Assembly (NCBI GenBank): GCA_051294375.1
Contig: CM119264.1
Span: 24,789,842-24,853,841, forward strand
DNA length: 64,000 nt
Source: Paraspadella gotoi
Taxonomy: Eukaryota > Animalia > Chaetognatha
Direction: 5' to 3'
The position numbers were made by a program, and so were the translations under genes. Positions 29,351-43,501 of this stretch are shown piece after piece. The notes beneath the pieces were generated by a model, which saw only the letters and a program-made list of their open reading frames with translations, did not search any database and was not told the DNA's origin. Every line of letters begins with the position of its first letter. Within the stretch, counting starts at the first letter, position 1.

Positions 29351-29618
29351 TAGTTTTGTCGGGCTTCGTCGTGGCGGGTCCGACCAAGCCGTCTTTCGGT
29401 GCGAGAATGTCTCCGTGAACGAAATGAAGAGGATGAGGAGGAAGAGGATAGAGAATCCTTGTAGAGGCGTCTAGGTAGTGGAAAAAAGATGCGGCGTTAC
29501 ATACAAATAATTATCAATCAATCAATCAATAAATCAATTCAATGAAATAAAAAATGAAATAACAATAATAAAATAATTTAAATAAAAGCAACCAAAATTC
29601 TAAAATTAAAAAAAAAAC

Positions 29619-30352
29619 CTCAATGAGGCCTCGAACTTCCGCCTGGAGGGACTCTCGCCGAAATCTCGCGGACCGGGCCATAGTGGAATCGCCAAAAAGA
29701 AGCCTGCCGCCGTGCGAAGCGGAAATCCTCGAAAGGTCGACGCGCGGGGATTCGAAGGCCTCTCCGAAGGAACCGCCGATGATCTTGAAGACCCTGTTTG
29801 GAAGAACCTGGACAGAGAGAACTCCATTCTCGTCTCGCTCCAACTTCACCTCTATAGTATTCTAGATCCATCCTCATCGAGACCGCCGACTGTGCAGGAT
29901 AGAGGAGTTGGAAGACCTTCTGGTTCTCTCGAAGACCTGGAGGATCTGGAGGACCTTCGGGAAGGACCGCGCGATTTGTCCTTTCGTACGAAGACCTCTC
30001 ACTTTTCGTCGTCCGTTCGGTCGCCGTTCGTCGTCGACAAGTGTTGGTGTATTCGGCAGCCGAAAGCTTTGGTCGGGAATCGAACTGGGCGGTCGAGTGT
30101 TTTCCGCAGTCGACGTGACGGCTCGCGGAGTGGGCGTGGCCGTGTCGCCGCGTGCGGTTCACGGGTCGCGACGACGCTTCCCGCGCCCCCGCGTCGGCCG
30201 ACGTTTGCCGTCGACCGTCGAGCGGCGACGGGACGATCGAGAACGCGGCGGTAGGAGTCGTCGTCAGTCTTCGTAATAGTCCGTCCTCGTAGTTTCATCG
30301 TCTTCGTCGGAAAACTTCGGAATAATTCGTTTCTCGCTGCCGAAAACCTCAC
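29619..30352 (-). CDS. Putative internal exon of an unidentified protein-coding gene (frameshifted by sequencing noise)
   Basis: GC-rich island in AT-rich flanks, bounded by acceptor atatttAG| (30353-4) and donor ATTGAG|GTtttt (29617-8). Stitched frames give protein-like text: ...ENQKVFQLL...AQSAVSMRMDLEYYR..VKLERDENGVLSVQVLPNRVFKIIGGSFGEAFES...ARFRRESLQAEVRGLIE. No family recognised. Confidence 0.55.
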
Positions 30353-30429
30353 CTAAATATAAAATGATGGAAAAATGAAAAATTACTATTATTTATATTT
30401 CGCATTGCAGACTCCATTAAAAACATTAG

Positions 30430-30434
30430 AAAAA
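30430..30434 (-). terminator. RNA polymerase III terminator (T5) of the tRNA-Glu
   Basis: TTTTT on the minus strand 1-2 nt after the tRNA 3' end. Confidence 0.7.
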
Positions 30435-30435
30435 G

Positions 30436-30507
30436 CTCCCATCGGGGAATCGAACCCCGGCCGTGGCGGTGAAAGCGCAAATCCCTAACCACTAGGACCA
30501 CATGGGA
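30436..30507 (-). tRNA. tRNA-Glu, anticodon TTC (UUC)
   Basis: Minus strand reads TCCCATGTGGTCCTAGTGGTTAGGGATTTGCGCTTTCACCGCCACGGCCGGGGTTCGATTCCCCGATGGGAG. It has acceptor ends TCCCAT/ATGGGA, A box TGGTCCTAGTGG, anticodon loop CT-TTC-AC and B box GGTTCGATTCC. It matches the eukaryotic tRNA-Glu pattern, with a few 1-nt indels that are likely read errors. Confidence 0.88.
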
Positions 30508-31270
30508 CTACGAGAGCGAAGAGAAATAAATTCAGAACAAAAGGCAGGTTTCGGTCTTTTCGGTCCTCAGGATCGAAGTTGAAAATCATGACTCATCCCT
30601 TCGACTTCAGCTGAGCGAAACCAACGAAGGCCTTCGTCCGAAGGCTAGGGAAAAATATTAAAAAAAATAATTTTAAAAAAACAAAAAAAATTCGAGAAAA
30701 TCTCGTTCTGACTATAATAATTAAACACATCATGTTTATATTCGTAGTTTCCTTACTCAGCATAATTATCACCACTGTCTAACATTACACCTAGTATTAT
30801 TTTTTTATTCACCACTCATTAACACAAGTGAAAAATTGAAAGATCTCCCATGAGTAAACCTGGGGCTCCCACTCGCTAGACCTCGAACTCGCTTCCATCG
30901 CTAATAGAATCTCGAATATACTCAGATATTCTCCATCGCCGCGTGACTGATGCAACCGGCACGCCATCACGCCGCGTACTCACATAGAGACACAGTTCCC
31001 TCAGTAATCGGCGCATACAGATATACACATACCTCTCTCGGGGTTTTGAATTTATTTAACTATTAAAAAGTATCGCAAACGGGAAAAGATAATACTAAGG
31101 TATCAGAATAGACTACGTTAGTTTGAAACTGCAACATTGATAGATTGCAGTATAAGGAACTAAAAAATTGTCATTACAACATTCGATTTGCCTATACTTT
31201 TAGGATTTTTATCGATGGCGTTTTATCAATTATTAACATCATGAAATTGTTTAAAAATTCCAGGCCTTAC

Positions 31271-31507
31271 CCGACTCTCGGAGCGAAAGTAATCCTTGTG
31301 CGCCGGGCGCTTCTTTGCTGGCGCGGACTCGGGCTTTCGCATAATGCCGGCTCTGACTGGCGCACCCACCGTCGCCTGGCCAAGTCTTTCAAGGCGCCAC
31401 CGAAACTGACGCCTTCTCTTCCCTTTCGATCTCCGTCCAACGCCATCTCGAGGGAATTGACGTTTGCCAAAGGCGCTGGACGGCCGCTAGAGGCAGTAGA
31501 AGCAGAC
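31271..31507 (-). CDS. Putative exon of the same unidentified gene
   Basis: GC-rich block with acceptor tttctcatcAG| (31508-9) and donor CGG|GTAAGG (31269-70), with AT-rich flanks. Confidence 0.45.
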
Positions 31508-31730
31508 CTGATGAGAAAGTTTAAAGGAAATGGCCGAAAAAAAATAAGATAAAAATAAATTAATGAATAAACATCGAAAAAATCAATGAATAAACTATAA
31601 AGAAATTCTTCAAATTTACTTTGAAATGTATTAGGCGCTTTTAAAAATAAATAAAATAAAATCTCCAATTTAATTTAATATAAATCTAAAGTTAGTGCGA
31701 GAATATCTTAAAAAAAAAAAAAGCGCTCAC

Positions 31731-32430
31731 CCGTCTTTAGAATCGTCTTCGTCATCTCTACTTCTTGAGCGGATATCTTTTCGGTCAGTTTTCTCCGCGT
31801 CTGACCCGAAGAAGCGGCTCTTTTACGTCCATTCCCGGGAAAGTTTAGCGCCCCCTTTCAGTCGGCAGTCTTTTTGAGAAAGAAATTTTCGATTTGGTAG
31901 CGGCGACGACGCTGCTACGGGCTCATCGAAGCGTCGGGTTCGAACCTTTTCGTCGGATTTTATCGTCGTCCTTGACGACCGCCAACCGTCGCCGTTGTAA
32001 GACTTCAACTTGTGGCGGCATGCGTTCCCAAAAGCCCGGACACTTTGGTCAAGGCGACAGCTCCGCGCGTCGTTTTTGGGTTTCTTGGCGGGGGGACTTG
32101 GCGGTCTGGGGCGCGCCAGAACGCCACGTCGCTTCCGCTTTCTCCTTGTCGGTCGCGCTGGCTTTTTCAAAAACTTGTTCGTCGTCGTTTTCGTTTCGAG
32201 TCCCGCTTTCGTCGTCTTCGTCCGTCTTCGTCATCGTCGTCGTCGACCGATCGTCTTTTTGTTCTTCATCGGACGCCAAATAATCTTTTTATGTCGTCGG
32301 TTACGCTTTCGTAGACCTCGTCCTGAAAGATCCGGCGGTCATTTTGACTGGCGGCGCCGAAATCGCGTTGCCGCCGAGGGACGCGGCGGCCGGGCGACGA
32401 AGCAAGAGGATGCGACATCTGGACCTGGCG
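31731..32430 (-). CDS. Putative upstream exon, low-complexity charged/disordered protein segment (5' boundary uncertain)
   Basis: GC-rich and encodes acidic/basic text (SDEEQKDDRSTTTMTKTDEDDESG..., PRPPSPPAKKPK, ...RDDEDDSKDG). Strong donor GACGG|GTGAGC at 31729-30. Confidence 0.45.
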
Positions 32431-35400
32431 GAAGAGGACGACCCCGGTAGAAATATTGACGAGATGAATGTAGAAAATGATCAGGGGATTACTGCAAGCT
32501 GATGAAGTACGCCCTCTCCGTCGGTCTTATATACGGTCGCCGCTTCTCCCCTCTCCATTACGGTTCGATTAGTTCATACGCCGCGTCGGGACATGTGATG
32601 TATTCGAGACGCGCAGAGGACTGTATTAAATGGTGCGATGTGGAGCTCCGCTCTCTCATTGGAACCGTGGGATCGGTAGCAAAACGTGAAGACGGGGGAG
32701 CGCGGTTGGACGCATTGACCCAGCTGAGGCTCTCGAGCAGAAGGCAGGGCGATTTACAATAATAAAGATGTCATAGCGGACCACGCTTGCGACTGATGGC
32801 CTTTGTGGTTAGGTCTCTCCTCCTTAGTGCGGAATTATTCATATATAACCCGCGGCGGGAGAAGGACACGAGAACACAATATGATTATACATATTACTCG
32901 GATTAATAAGGGTATTATAATTATACTTAGCCACCTGGCTCGGTAGAAATACGATCTAACCGGCAAATCACTGAAATACGGATCGAATTATTGGGCCGTA
33001 TTTGCTATTGGTCAGAGTGAATAATAATTTATCCTACTTTTGTTTTGATATTCGCTTTTTCTTTTTAGCTTGAACATCTTATTAGAATCAGATTCAGTAG
33101 CTTCTTTTTTGATACGAAACATGAATGAATATTCCCTGGAATGTTCGTCTTATTTTTAAGCGTAAATACAAAAAAATTAAATGAAGAGAACATTAAAATA
33201 CTCAAGAAAAACCTTTGGGCTTGGTAAAGATAGAATTGATGAAAGAGAGAAGGATTTGCGTCTAAATTTTCCTGGGCGCGCAAAACTAGATCGAAGACCA
33301 AGGTTTCTAACGAGTCGACTCGTTATGAGTCACTTCATTACGAACAATGGATCTATTACCACTCCGTCCACCTTTAGTACGTTATTGTATATTCAATCAG
33401 ATATTTCTTTCTCTACCGACGTCCGCTCCAGCCTCTAAACTCTTGCTCCACTCCCGTGCAAGTTTTCCCCATGGGCAAGCTTAGGTGCAGTTCGCGCGCG
33501 TGCTGAGTGCTTCATTATATTCTAATAATTTTTCAATATTACACAATTACCTAAAGTTTCTTATTTTTCGATTTATTAAATATTTTTAACCCGAAACAGA
33601 TTCATACTCTTTAAAACCCCCCACTCACCCTGCTAGATCCTGAGGACTCGAGGTTGGTTCTCCCGATAGATCCGCTCTCATCTCGTCTTCATCTCCGTGC
33701 TCTCTTACTACTGTTTTCTCATTTTCTTTATGTCTCTCGCACACTCATATTTCGACGGAAAGTTCTCGTTTGGCGTCGCGCGCCGTGGACACGTCTCCCG
33801 CCGGATCGGTCATTCATTTTTCCTCTATTCGCGTTACGCTTCCTCTTAAAATCGCAATACCGGACAAGCACTACCTTAAGACCGATCCATTTACCAGGAT
33901 TTTATATTCCATAATGGAACAAGATAATGAGATTATTGCAATAAAGGTCGAATATCGACACTCGAGAATCGATACAATGAAACATTCACGAGGCTTCTCA
34001 TCAGCTCGTCTTCACTCTTACCACATCTTTCTCAACCACTAGGCCATTTCCTACCACTTGCGGTGCTAGGTGATCCTTCTACGCTGAATGCTCTCCCTAT
34101 TCAAGGATCTCGGTCGTCAGTCAAGGCGCCAGTCGGCACCGCTCCTAATAGCAGTGTCACAGTGCCCACGTAGCGCTCAAGGTGTTCTTTCTGATGATCT
34201 CGAGGAGTGACTTCGTTGTGTGCGTGATAAGTTCAATAACTTTGTAAGAGTTTGAAGTGACGGAAAAAAGTGTTGATACGTACTCTGTCAACTTTTTTGC
34301 CGTGTCTCAATGGTTTTGAACGAATGGTAAAGTACAATGAAACAGGCGAGTCAAAATTCGAGATGATTAAAATAGAACCCTAATTCTAAGTTAATAAATA
34401 ACTAGACGACATATAAATTTATTCATATAACAGATATTATAATTATGCGCTCGTCGATCTCTATTGCTCTCTCCTTGTCTGAGTGTGAAAATGATAGTGA
34501 TATGGTCAGATAGCTACAAGGATGCAGCTGGCCTCTTTTTGATCGGTCGGCGGGGATGTTTCTCGAGCTCAGATTTTGTTTGTCTTTAATTCTCATCTTT
34601 TGTTTTACGTTAAGTTCGCTTCGGACGTTGAGAAATTTCGGTTGAATTGTTGAAAACTTGGTGAAGTTTTCAGTTGTTTCTGCTGAGATATAGAGTGCGA
34701 GAGGATGGAGATAGGAGGTGAGGATTAGTGGCCAAAAGGACGGAGGTACTCGTTTGAGAGGAGAGGTAGTATGTAGCAGGGGGTATCGAGAGTTGGCCGA
34801 AGGCGTTCTCCACGCAGATCCTGGAAGGTCCTCCATTGACGATGGAGAAGAAGGCGGAGGTCTGCTCCTTCGTTGAAATGCGTGGGAAGATATCGCGGGA
34901 GCGAATTGGATTCGTGTAGAAGTAGAAGATCGAGGAAGAAGGACGGCCGAGATGACGGAGGTTTGAGGTTCGTGCTGGGGATCTGGGAGATTGATTTCCA
35001 TAAATTACTTACTTAAAGGGTTTAGGAAGGCTTTAAATCTCATTTATGGTATTGCGAGTAGAATTAAGGATGGGATATATGGACTGAGTACGGATATTTG
35101 TGGTTCTCGGGTATATTAGCTAATTATTAACAGTAAATACAATTCGCTTACATATGATGATTTCAATTCTGTACTTAGGGATGTAGGTGTCTTCGGAATA
35201 CACATTAGTATTACGTAAATATAAATAGTTTCGTTAAAAGTTTTGCCACATTTAAAAGAATGCTTTGCCAAGCTGAAAGTTCAATAATGTAATAATCATG
35301 AGAGAGAGAGAAGAGAGAGAAGAGAGAGAGAGAGAGATAAAGAAAGTGTGGTCCTTATAAACGTCGAGGGAGTCTCGAGTTATGCTTAAAAATGAAGAGA

Positions 35401-35639
35401 CCGTTTTTAAAGGCAGAAAATAAAAAATAAATCAACAAAAATATCCATAATATTTAAAAAAAAAAAAACAAAATAAAATTTCAAAAAATATAAAAAAAAG
35501 GAAGAAGAAAAAGAACAAACAAAATCGCATTCCTNNNNNNNNNNNNNNNNNNNNNNNNNGACGGAATGAGAAAATTATATATACTCAAACAAAACAACCT
35601 TTTACTCTTACTTATCTTCATTTTTTTGCCACCCCAGTA

Positions 35640-35686
<47 letters not shown>

Positions 35687-36419
35687 ATTAAAAATTAATT
35701 TTAACAAAATGTCAAACTATCAAATCGGATCTTTAATTGAAATAAGTAAGTATACGTATAAATAAGTATTCGGCAAAAACCAAGTCTTCCTGTCGTCGGT
35801 TCTAAAATTCACACAAAAAAAATAAAATTCATGGAAAATATTTTATTTGACTCAGCAAACAATAAATAAAAAAAAATATTTGCTGAACCCATTAAGCGAA
35901 ATGTCAAACCTTTTTCAACTTTTCAATTTAATAAATTAAAAACTTGTCTTTGTTGGGTTCCGACTTTCCGGATCACAACTCAGGATCGATTTCCGCGTGT
36001 TAAAAAAGGTGAGAGCGCTGCTGCCGCCGGAAGAACTCTTAAGTGCGTGCGACAAAAGAGTGGGTGAGTAAAAAAATTGGGGAGGCGGATAAGTGAGCGA
36101 CAAGGTAAGCAAAGTGAGCGACAGTTTTTGAGGTTCACAGAACAGAGTAGTGAATGAGATTAATCGTAAGTTTGAGAATCGGTTACGTTTGACAGATTTT
36201 TTGGGTTCTATTGCTGCAGGAAGTGGGCGTGGTGCTAATTTAAGTAATTCGTCGTCGTCGTCGTCGTCGTCATTGTTTCGTTTTCGTCCTTCTTTAGCAA
36301 AGAAAGAAGTAGTTATGATTTGTGAAGAAAAAAAAGAGAGAGTAAAAGTTTAGTCTCGTGTTTGATTTAAAACAAACTTGTATTTATCTTTCATTAAATG
36401 CTAACGGAAAGAGTGGGAC

Positions 36420-36423
<4 letters not shown>

Positions 36424-36493
<70 letters not shown>
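36424..36493. repeat. (CT)n/(AG)n microsatellite, representative of many (e.g. 18934-19023, 23120-23200, 39710-39830, 41360-41440, 50515-50585, 52697-52908, 53243-53315)
   Basis: Pure dinucleotide runs read directly. They cause the SLSL/ERER ORFs. Confidence 0.95.
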
Positions 36494-36499
<6 letters not shown>

Positions 36500-37092
36500 A
36501 GTCAATATAAATCATAAACCAACTTGCTTTTTTTTCTTTTAAAATAAATCTACTTTCCTTGAGTTATTTTCACTTTCATATTTTTTTCCTCTTTCACTTC
36601 CGTTTTCTCTCACGTGAGACGCGCGTCTTTTGTTTTTTAATCACGGGCGTTAGCAGCGCCATCTTCTTTTATTACCTTTTATTTTTTTTATCTCTCTTGC
36701 CGCCTCCCGTAATGGGGTCTCTTCCCTTATTCTTTTCTTTAAACACCCTCTCTCTCTCTTTCTCTTTTCCTCTCTTCCCTCTCTCTCTCTGAGAAAATAA
36801 AGATAGAACAGGTAAGCAAAAAAGTTATTAAAAATAAAGTGACTGAAAGTAAAAAAAAGATAAGGGAGGCGCAAAAAAAAAAAAAAAACAAAAACAAAAA
36901 CAAAAAAAAAAAAACGATAGAGAAGAACGATACTCCAAGAAGAAGACTACTAAAGAGACTGAGAAAAGAGAAGATGAATCGCAAGCAAAACTGATTTTCT
37001 TCCAAATGTTTGAGCTTTTTGTTTCTCTCTGGTTTCTTTTTTTGTTACGGCGATAAATGGTTGTCGTTTGTTTCGAGTTGTTTGTGCTCTCT

Positions 37093-37144
<52 letters not shown>

Positions 37145-38409
37145 TTATTCTCTCTCTCTCTCCATCCTCTCTCCCTATTCCTTCCCTCTCTCTTTCTCTC
37201 TCTTTATCTTTATTCTTTACTCCTTAAAATTTGTTTTTCGTCCTTCCTGTTTTTTTCCGCACGGATGTACCCCAAAAAAAACTTGAAAAAAAAAAAAGGT
37301 TAAAAGAGTCAATATTTTAAAAATTGATAAATCCGACCGTTCTACCACCCCCTCCCCCTCTCCGCCCCCCCTCCGAACCAGGAGAGTAAAAGAGGAGAAA
37401 GTTGGTTCGTAAATCGGGAGTCTCTACTCCAGGGAACCGAAAAGAAAAAACGCTCCCCGGGTTTTGTTGCTAAGCGACTTTAAAACTTCGAAACAAATCC
37501 GGATCCTCGACCGAAACGGATTCCCTCTTACTAAATCTTAACTCGTTCCCGATTCTCGACGAGGCATTAAATCCCGATTTGTGGAGGGGGGGGTGGGGCT
37601 AATTTTGATTTTCTCTCAATAAAAGTAACTTGTTGAAAATCAAATAAAAATTACACCATTTTCAAACAAATTATTAAAATTATAGTCATAAAAAATATAC
37701 AAACCCAGAATAATTTGCCGTTAATACGTAATATAACGTATCTTTCTATAACAGTAGTTCTCGTTGAATCGGTCTGGAATACAAAATATATTCTAAAATT
37801 ATACTTCCGGCGATATGGTTTGTTTCAGAGAGATTAATTGACGTTGCGGAAAATAATAAATCAATATATCCTCCCGCCGAAATGAACCCCACTTGAAAAA
37901 ATCCAGACGCTCTCAACAAACGCAGCCTTATCTTCCACTAGAGATACTTGAGCATCGAATTGGGTCAGTTTCAAAATCCTGACGTCGCCCTTGAAATTTA
38001 ACGTCTTAAAACACACAGTACACACAATCACACACAGTACACACACACAAATCAGTCACACAAACATCATCTCACCACCATTTAATCGTTTGGTAGACAG
38101 AGGCTGAACAAAAACAGAGCCTGAAAACGAGTTTTAGACGTAAATAATTAAAAACTGACGAACGATAAAAGCTCAGCATCGCTATTCCACCACGAAATAT
38201 GTGAAATTTAGACCAACAATTGCGGACCCATTAGAGTCTTTATAAAAAATACTCATTACTGCAATACTGCAATACTGCATATAGCAATATTTAATCCAAT
38301 TTTTCTGTAATAAGGGAACCTACAATTGAATACACTTAAGACATTGACCACCCTTTCTTGAACCCCTCTATGAGTTTCCCGTTCCCTCTCTCTCTCTCCT
38401 CTCTCTTCT

Positions 38410-38440
<31 letters not shown>

Positions 38441-39725
38441 AAATCAACCCTCAGGGAAACTTTCCTCTTTGCACCTTTCTTCAATTTTTCCTCAAGGAAA
38501 CTTTTCTTTATATTCTTCTCTCTCTCTCCCCTCTGTATCAGCTTCCTCCTTAGGCTACGCCTCTTCTTCACTTATCTTCTTCTCCTCTTCCTTCTCCTTC
38601 CCTTGATTTCCCCCAATCGTGTGTCTTCATCTTTTTTTTCTTTTTTTTAATTCAAACAAAAGTTTCTTTGTCCCAAATCATTCGCTGAGTTTGTCTTATT
38701 TTATTTTTCACAAATAAAAAGACAGAGAAAGACTTATATTTTTCTTTTTAGAGGGTTAGGGGCTTAATTAAAGGCAATGTATATTACTTTATTTAGTCCT
38801 GGCTCGCACAATTTAAAAATTTTAAAAATTCTGCGTAATGTTTAAGATTTCTTCGTAGTCGGAGTCATTTGATTTAAATCTAATTTGAAAAAAAAAGAAA
38901 ACTGATTGAAAATTTTTTGGCGGAAAATTTGATTGGAAGTAGGAATTTGATTGGCATCGTCTCTTTGATTGGCGTCGTCTCTTTGATTGAACACCAAACC
39001 AAAAACTGGAATTTTTTTTATTCTCACGAGCGAAAATTGACTTTTTGATTTCAATTCATCGAAAATTAAACACATTCCGGACTGACGTAGGGAGAGACGG
39101 CGACGGCAGCAGGAGCAGCGTCGACGGCAGCAGGAGCAAAAAGCGCCGCTCGAAAAGATCGCTTTGGCCCAGGGACATCCTTGGTAGACTGTGTACAAAC
39201 CTGCTCGAGTTCCAGACTGGGTCGGATCGACAAAAATTACGTGCAGTATGAGTCATACAAACGTTATTTACCCGTTTAAAATCGGTGTCTTAAATATAAT
39301 TTTGTACACTTTTTGAAAGGAATCCAAATTCGATCTTAAAATTACAAAATTCGCATTTTGAAATTTTAGCTATTATATACATATTAGTTATTACTATACA
39401 AAAATATAGCTCACTGGTGCCCACTATTGTATAAAATTAAAAAATAAATTTACCAAAGTATTTTTCTTGGTTTTTGTTTTCATGTTCTATATGCTAAATT
39501 TTAATTTTCTAAAATTTAAACATTTTCATATCACTCTAATATATATACAATGTATTATATGTATTATACATGTATGAATTGGCAACAACAACAACATTCC
39601 TCAAACTTCTCAAACTCTTGCTTAAATATCCCGGCAGAGGTCCCTATCATCAAATTATTGATGGATTAAAAAATAATTATTTCGTTCTCAAAGAATAATA
39701 AAACAAAAAAGAAGAGAGAGAGAGG

Positions 39726-39807
<82 letters not shown>

Positions 39808-41354
39808 AGAGAGCGATAGATGAGAGAGAGGCCCAACAAAAATCAATCATTAAAAGTCAAAAGCGGTTAATTACGGGTTACGTTTCCTTTTTGTTTGACG
39901 ACGACGCCAACGCAGACGCTAAAGGTTGTCATTACTTTTATGGATGATGTTCTTTTATTTCTTTTTATGCCCCCTTCGTCGCCTCTGGTCCGTTGTAATC
40001 ATGATCATCATCATCGTCGTCGTCGTCGTCCTCTGCTGACACGCAAGAGGAAGCATCGAATAATTGGAACAAAACGCAGACTTAAAGAAACTCATGTCAT
40101 TTCTCTTGTCCCGCCGCCGGCAACGACCGTTCTTTTTTTTTCTTTCTTTTTTCTTTTTTTTTTTTATCTATTTTATTATTTTTTTTAGTTTATTTATTTA
40201 GTAGGGATGTGCGACAAAAAGACAAGAGGAGGACAAAGAAATCTGCTCTTCCTATCGATTATTGATTAGCGTAAAAAGAGGAAAGTCGAGGGGGCCGAAG
40301 AAGGGGGTAGGGGTCGGTGGGTTCAATAGGCGGAGGAGGAGTGGAATTGGCGCGAGATGGGAAAAGTTTTGTTTAATATTTCCTTGTTTCAATTACGTGC
40401 ATAATTTGTTATTTTTTTTTTATCGAGGCTCTGTAGTGCGTGGATCGACAAATTTTGTAGTACTTACGGGCATATCATATTCTTCCCCCGACAATAAGTA
40501 AGGAAAGAAAACGACCTTCCGATACATTATTATTCTATATTCCAAAACATATTACAAATTCGTGCCGACGGTTAAGGTTTGGGGTTTCGGTAGCAGAAAT
40601 TCCCCTAAAAATCTAGAGAGAGAAGGTTGAAAAGGGCAGATGAGAAAATCCTCCCCGCGGGGCGAACGGAGCTCGGGGAAATTCTCCGAGGGGAGAAACG
40701 GGATAAGAAGGAAATGACAACGAAAGATCGAGAGAATCTCGGATTTTATTGTAGGAATTAGTAGAGATAACGAGAGTCAAGTAACGCGGGAAATTGTCGT
40801 CGTCGTCGTCGTCGTCGTCCTCTTTTTGATCTTCTTTGTCAAAATCACCATCATCTTCGCCATCTTTAGTCTACCTCTAAGTTTAAAAATCTAAATATTC
40901 TCCCAAAAATCCATCGAGGCGATGAGGATCGTCGTTTAGCAATTATATCCGCTTCGTCTTAACATCATCGTTATGTTTAACACCCCATCGTAATGATAAT
41001 CTTCTTGGCATCAAAAATTAATTCATGCAAATATGTTATCTACCACATCAGCGCCATTTTTTTTTTATTTCGTCGTCGTCGTCGTCACGGTTTTTAATGA
41101 TCACTTTTTTATTCTCTACGGTGTCATCGTTGACATTGTCGGCGTCGTTGTGGTCATCGTTGTCATCATCGTCGCCGTCATTATTGTCATCATCGTCTTC
41201 ATCGTCGTCGTCGTCGTCGTCGTCGTCATCGGTCGCGACTCTGATCTTCCTTCGACGAAGAAATTGTTGTCGTTTTCAATTTAATGACGTGTTTCCATTC
41301 GCGCTTTCCTCGACAGGCAGGTATCTCTAGCGAGATAGAGACAGAGACAGATAA

Positions 41355-41443
<89 letters not shown>

Positions 41444-41608
41444 TGACAGAATTTATTCAAAACGTGCCTTTGCATAGACCACCTATTCTCTAATTAATTA
41501 CTTGTTTTTTTACCCCCGCATCGTTGGCTCGGCCACTGGCCATTCCTCTCGCTCTCTCTACTGTTTCTGCGTGACTCATTGATTTTTCCCCCGCCGCCGC
41601 CGTCGCTG

Positions 41609-41639
<31 letters not shown>

Positions 41640-43440
41640 AGCCCCCGCTTTGATGGATGACGCGCCGACGTCCCTCGCCGGGAATTTCCCGCTGATAAGA
41701 TTGGAAAAAAAAAGTTTAATTTACGTAAAATCCGGAAACATAAACAAATCGGTATCGAAGTTCAAAGTCAGAAACGCAGAGGGAAATGAAATTTATGACT
41801 AAAATGAGTAACTTTTAAAAAATGACTTATGAAGTCTTTTAACTTCATAAAGTGTGATTTTAAAATAAAGTGACACAAGACAAAAGAGGTAATTAACTAA
41901 AGTTGCTTAGTAGCCAGCCCATGATGGCAAGATAGGACATCTATTGAAAAATGGTTAATTTTTATATTATATTACTAGATGCGGTTTTAGCTAAAGTTAC
42001 ATAAAACTTAAGAAGTTTTTAAACTAAAGTAACATAAAATTTATAACACATGATTTTTTTTACTAAAGTGACAAAAGAGGTTTTTTAACGACATAAAAAT
42101 AAGGTTTTTAAAAATACATTTTTTTCTGGAAAGAAAAGGAAATTTTTATATTTTAAGAGATTTCGATAAGAAAATAGGAAGAAAAAAGAAACCCGAAATA
42201 TCCTAAACTGGAAGAAGGCGTCCCAGGTGGGATTCGAGTCTAGAGAGTTTGTCAATCCCCGCCTTATTTGATGTTTACTCACCTCGGAAAAAGAGGAACT
42301 CACTTATTGTCGTCCGTGTTTGCTCTCCAGCCCCACCCNNNNNNNNNNNNNNNNNNNNTCTCTCTCTCTCTCTCTCTCACCTCTATCGCACCTCGAAATG
42401 CGGGTTCAGTCATATTCGCCAAACATTTTCCTTCCTTCCACCGATTTTCATATTTTACAAAATTCGTGCAGGAATGCGAAGGGAATTCCGAAACGCGAAC
42501 GTCGCTTAATGTTTATTACGAAATGTTTATTGTGAGATTGTTATTTACTGACACTGAATTTGGATGTATGTCTTGTAGGAGTTGACGTTAAAATATGTGA
42601 TCTGTATTTTATGGCTTATGTACGTGACCCTCGTGAAAGGAAATTGACTTATGAAGGAAAGAAATAATATATTTTGAGGTTAGTTCGTAAAAAGGTCAAA
42701 TTGTCCTCTCTGAGCCTTTATTTCAAAATTACAATGACAGAAATGTTACTAAACGAACGTTCTAATTACTTGGTCAGATATCAAAGATATTAGTCATGTA
42801 TTTAACGCTGAGGATACATACAAACAAGGAGAACGGAAAAAGCATCGCTTCTCGTGAGCAAATTTTGTTGACCTGAATCAAGAGAAAAATCGAAAAAACG
42901 ACGAAAATTATTTCGTCGTTTTTTGTCTCTCGACTTCGCTTCATTTTCGCCAAAAATCTTTTCATTCTCCTCACGTCTTTGTCGTCGTTGTCTTCGTCGT
43001 CGTTGTAATCTTCGTTGTCGTCGTCGTCGTCGTCGTTGTCTTCGTCGTCGACGTCGTCGTTTTCTTCGCGAACCGACGATAAAATTTTCATAAATTTCGA
43101 GCTTTCTTTTCGTTAGGATCACGTGACGACGGACACGGGAGGAGAGAAAGAGAGGAGAGAGAGATGAGAAGAGAGAAGAGAAGAAGAAGAGAGAGGACGG
43201 AAGGTAGAACGACGACGAGGACGCGACAGATGATGCAGAGAATGAGAGAGAAGAATTGACGGAGATAAGAGGATAGAAGAGAGAGAGAGAGAGGAGAGGA
43301 GCACTACGAGACGAGACTTATGAGCAGAGCCTCTATTCCTCTTTGTCTCAAGACGCTCGACGAGAAGACGAGAGAGAATGTGGGATGTGAGAGTACAGAT
43401 CGTCAGTGGTTCCCCCCCTCCCGACTCACTTCTCTCTCTC

Positions 43441-43501
<61 letters not shown>

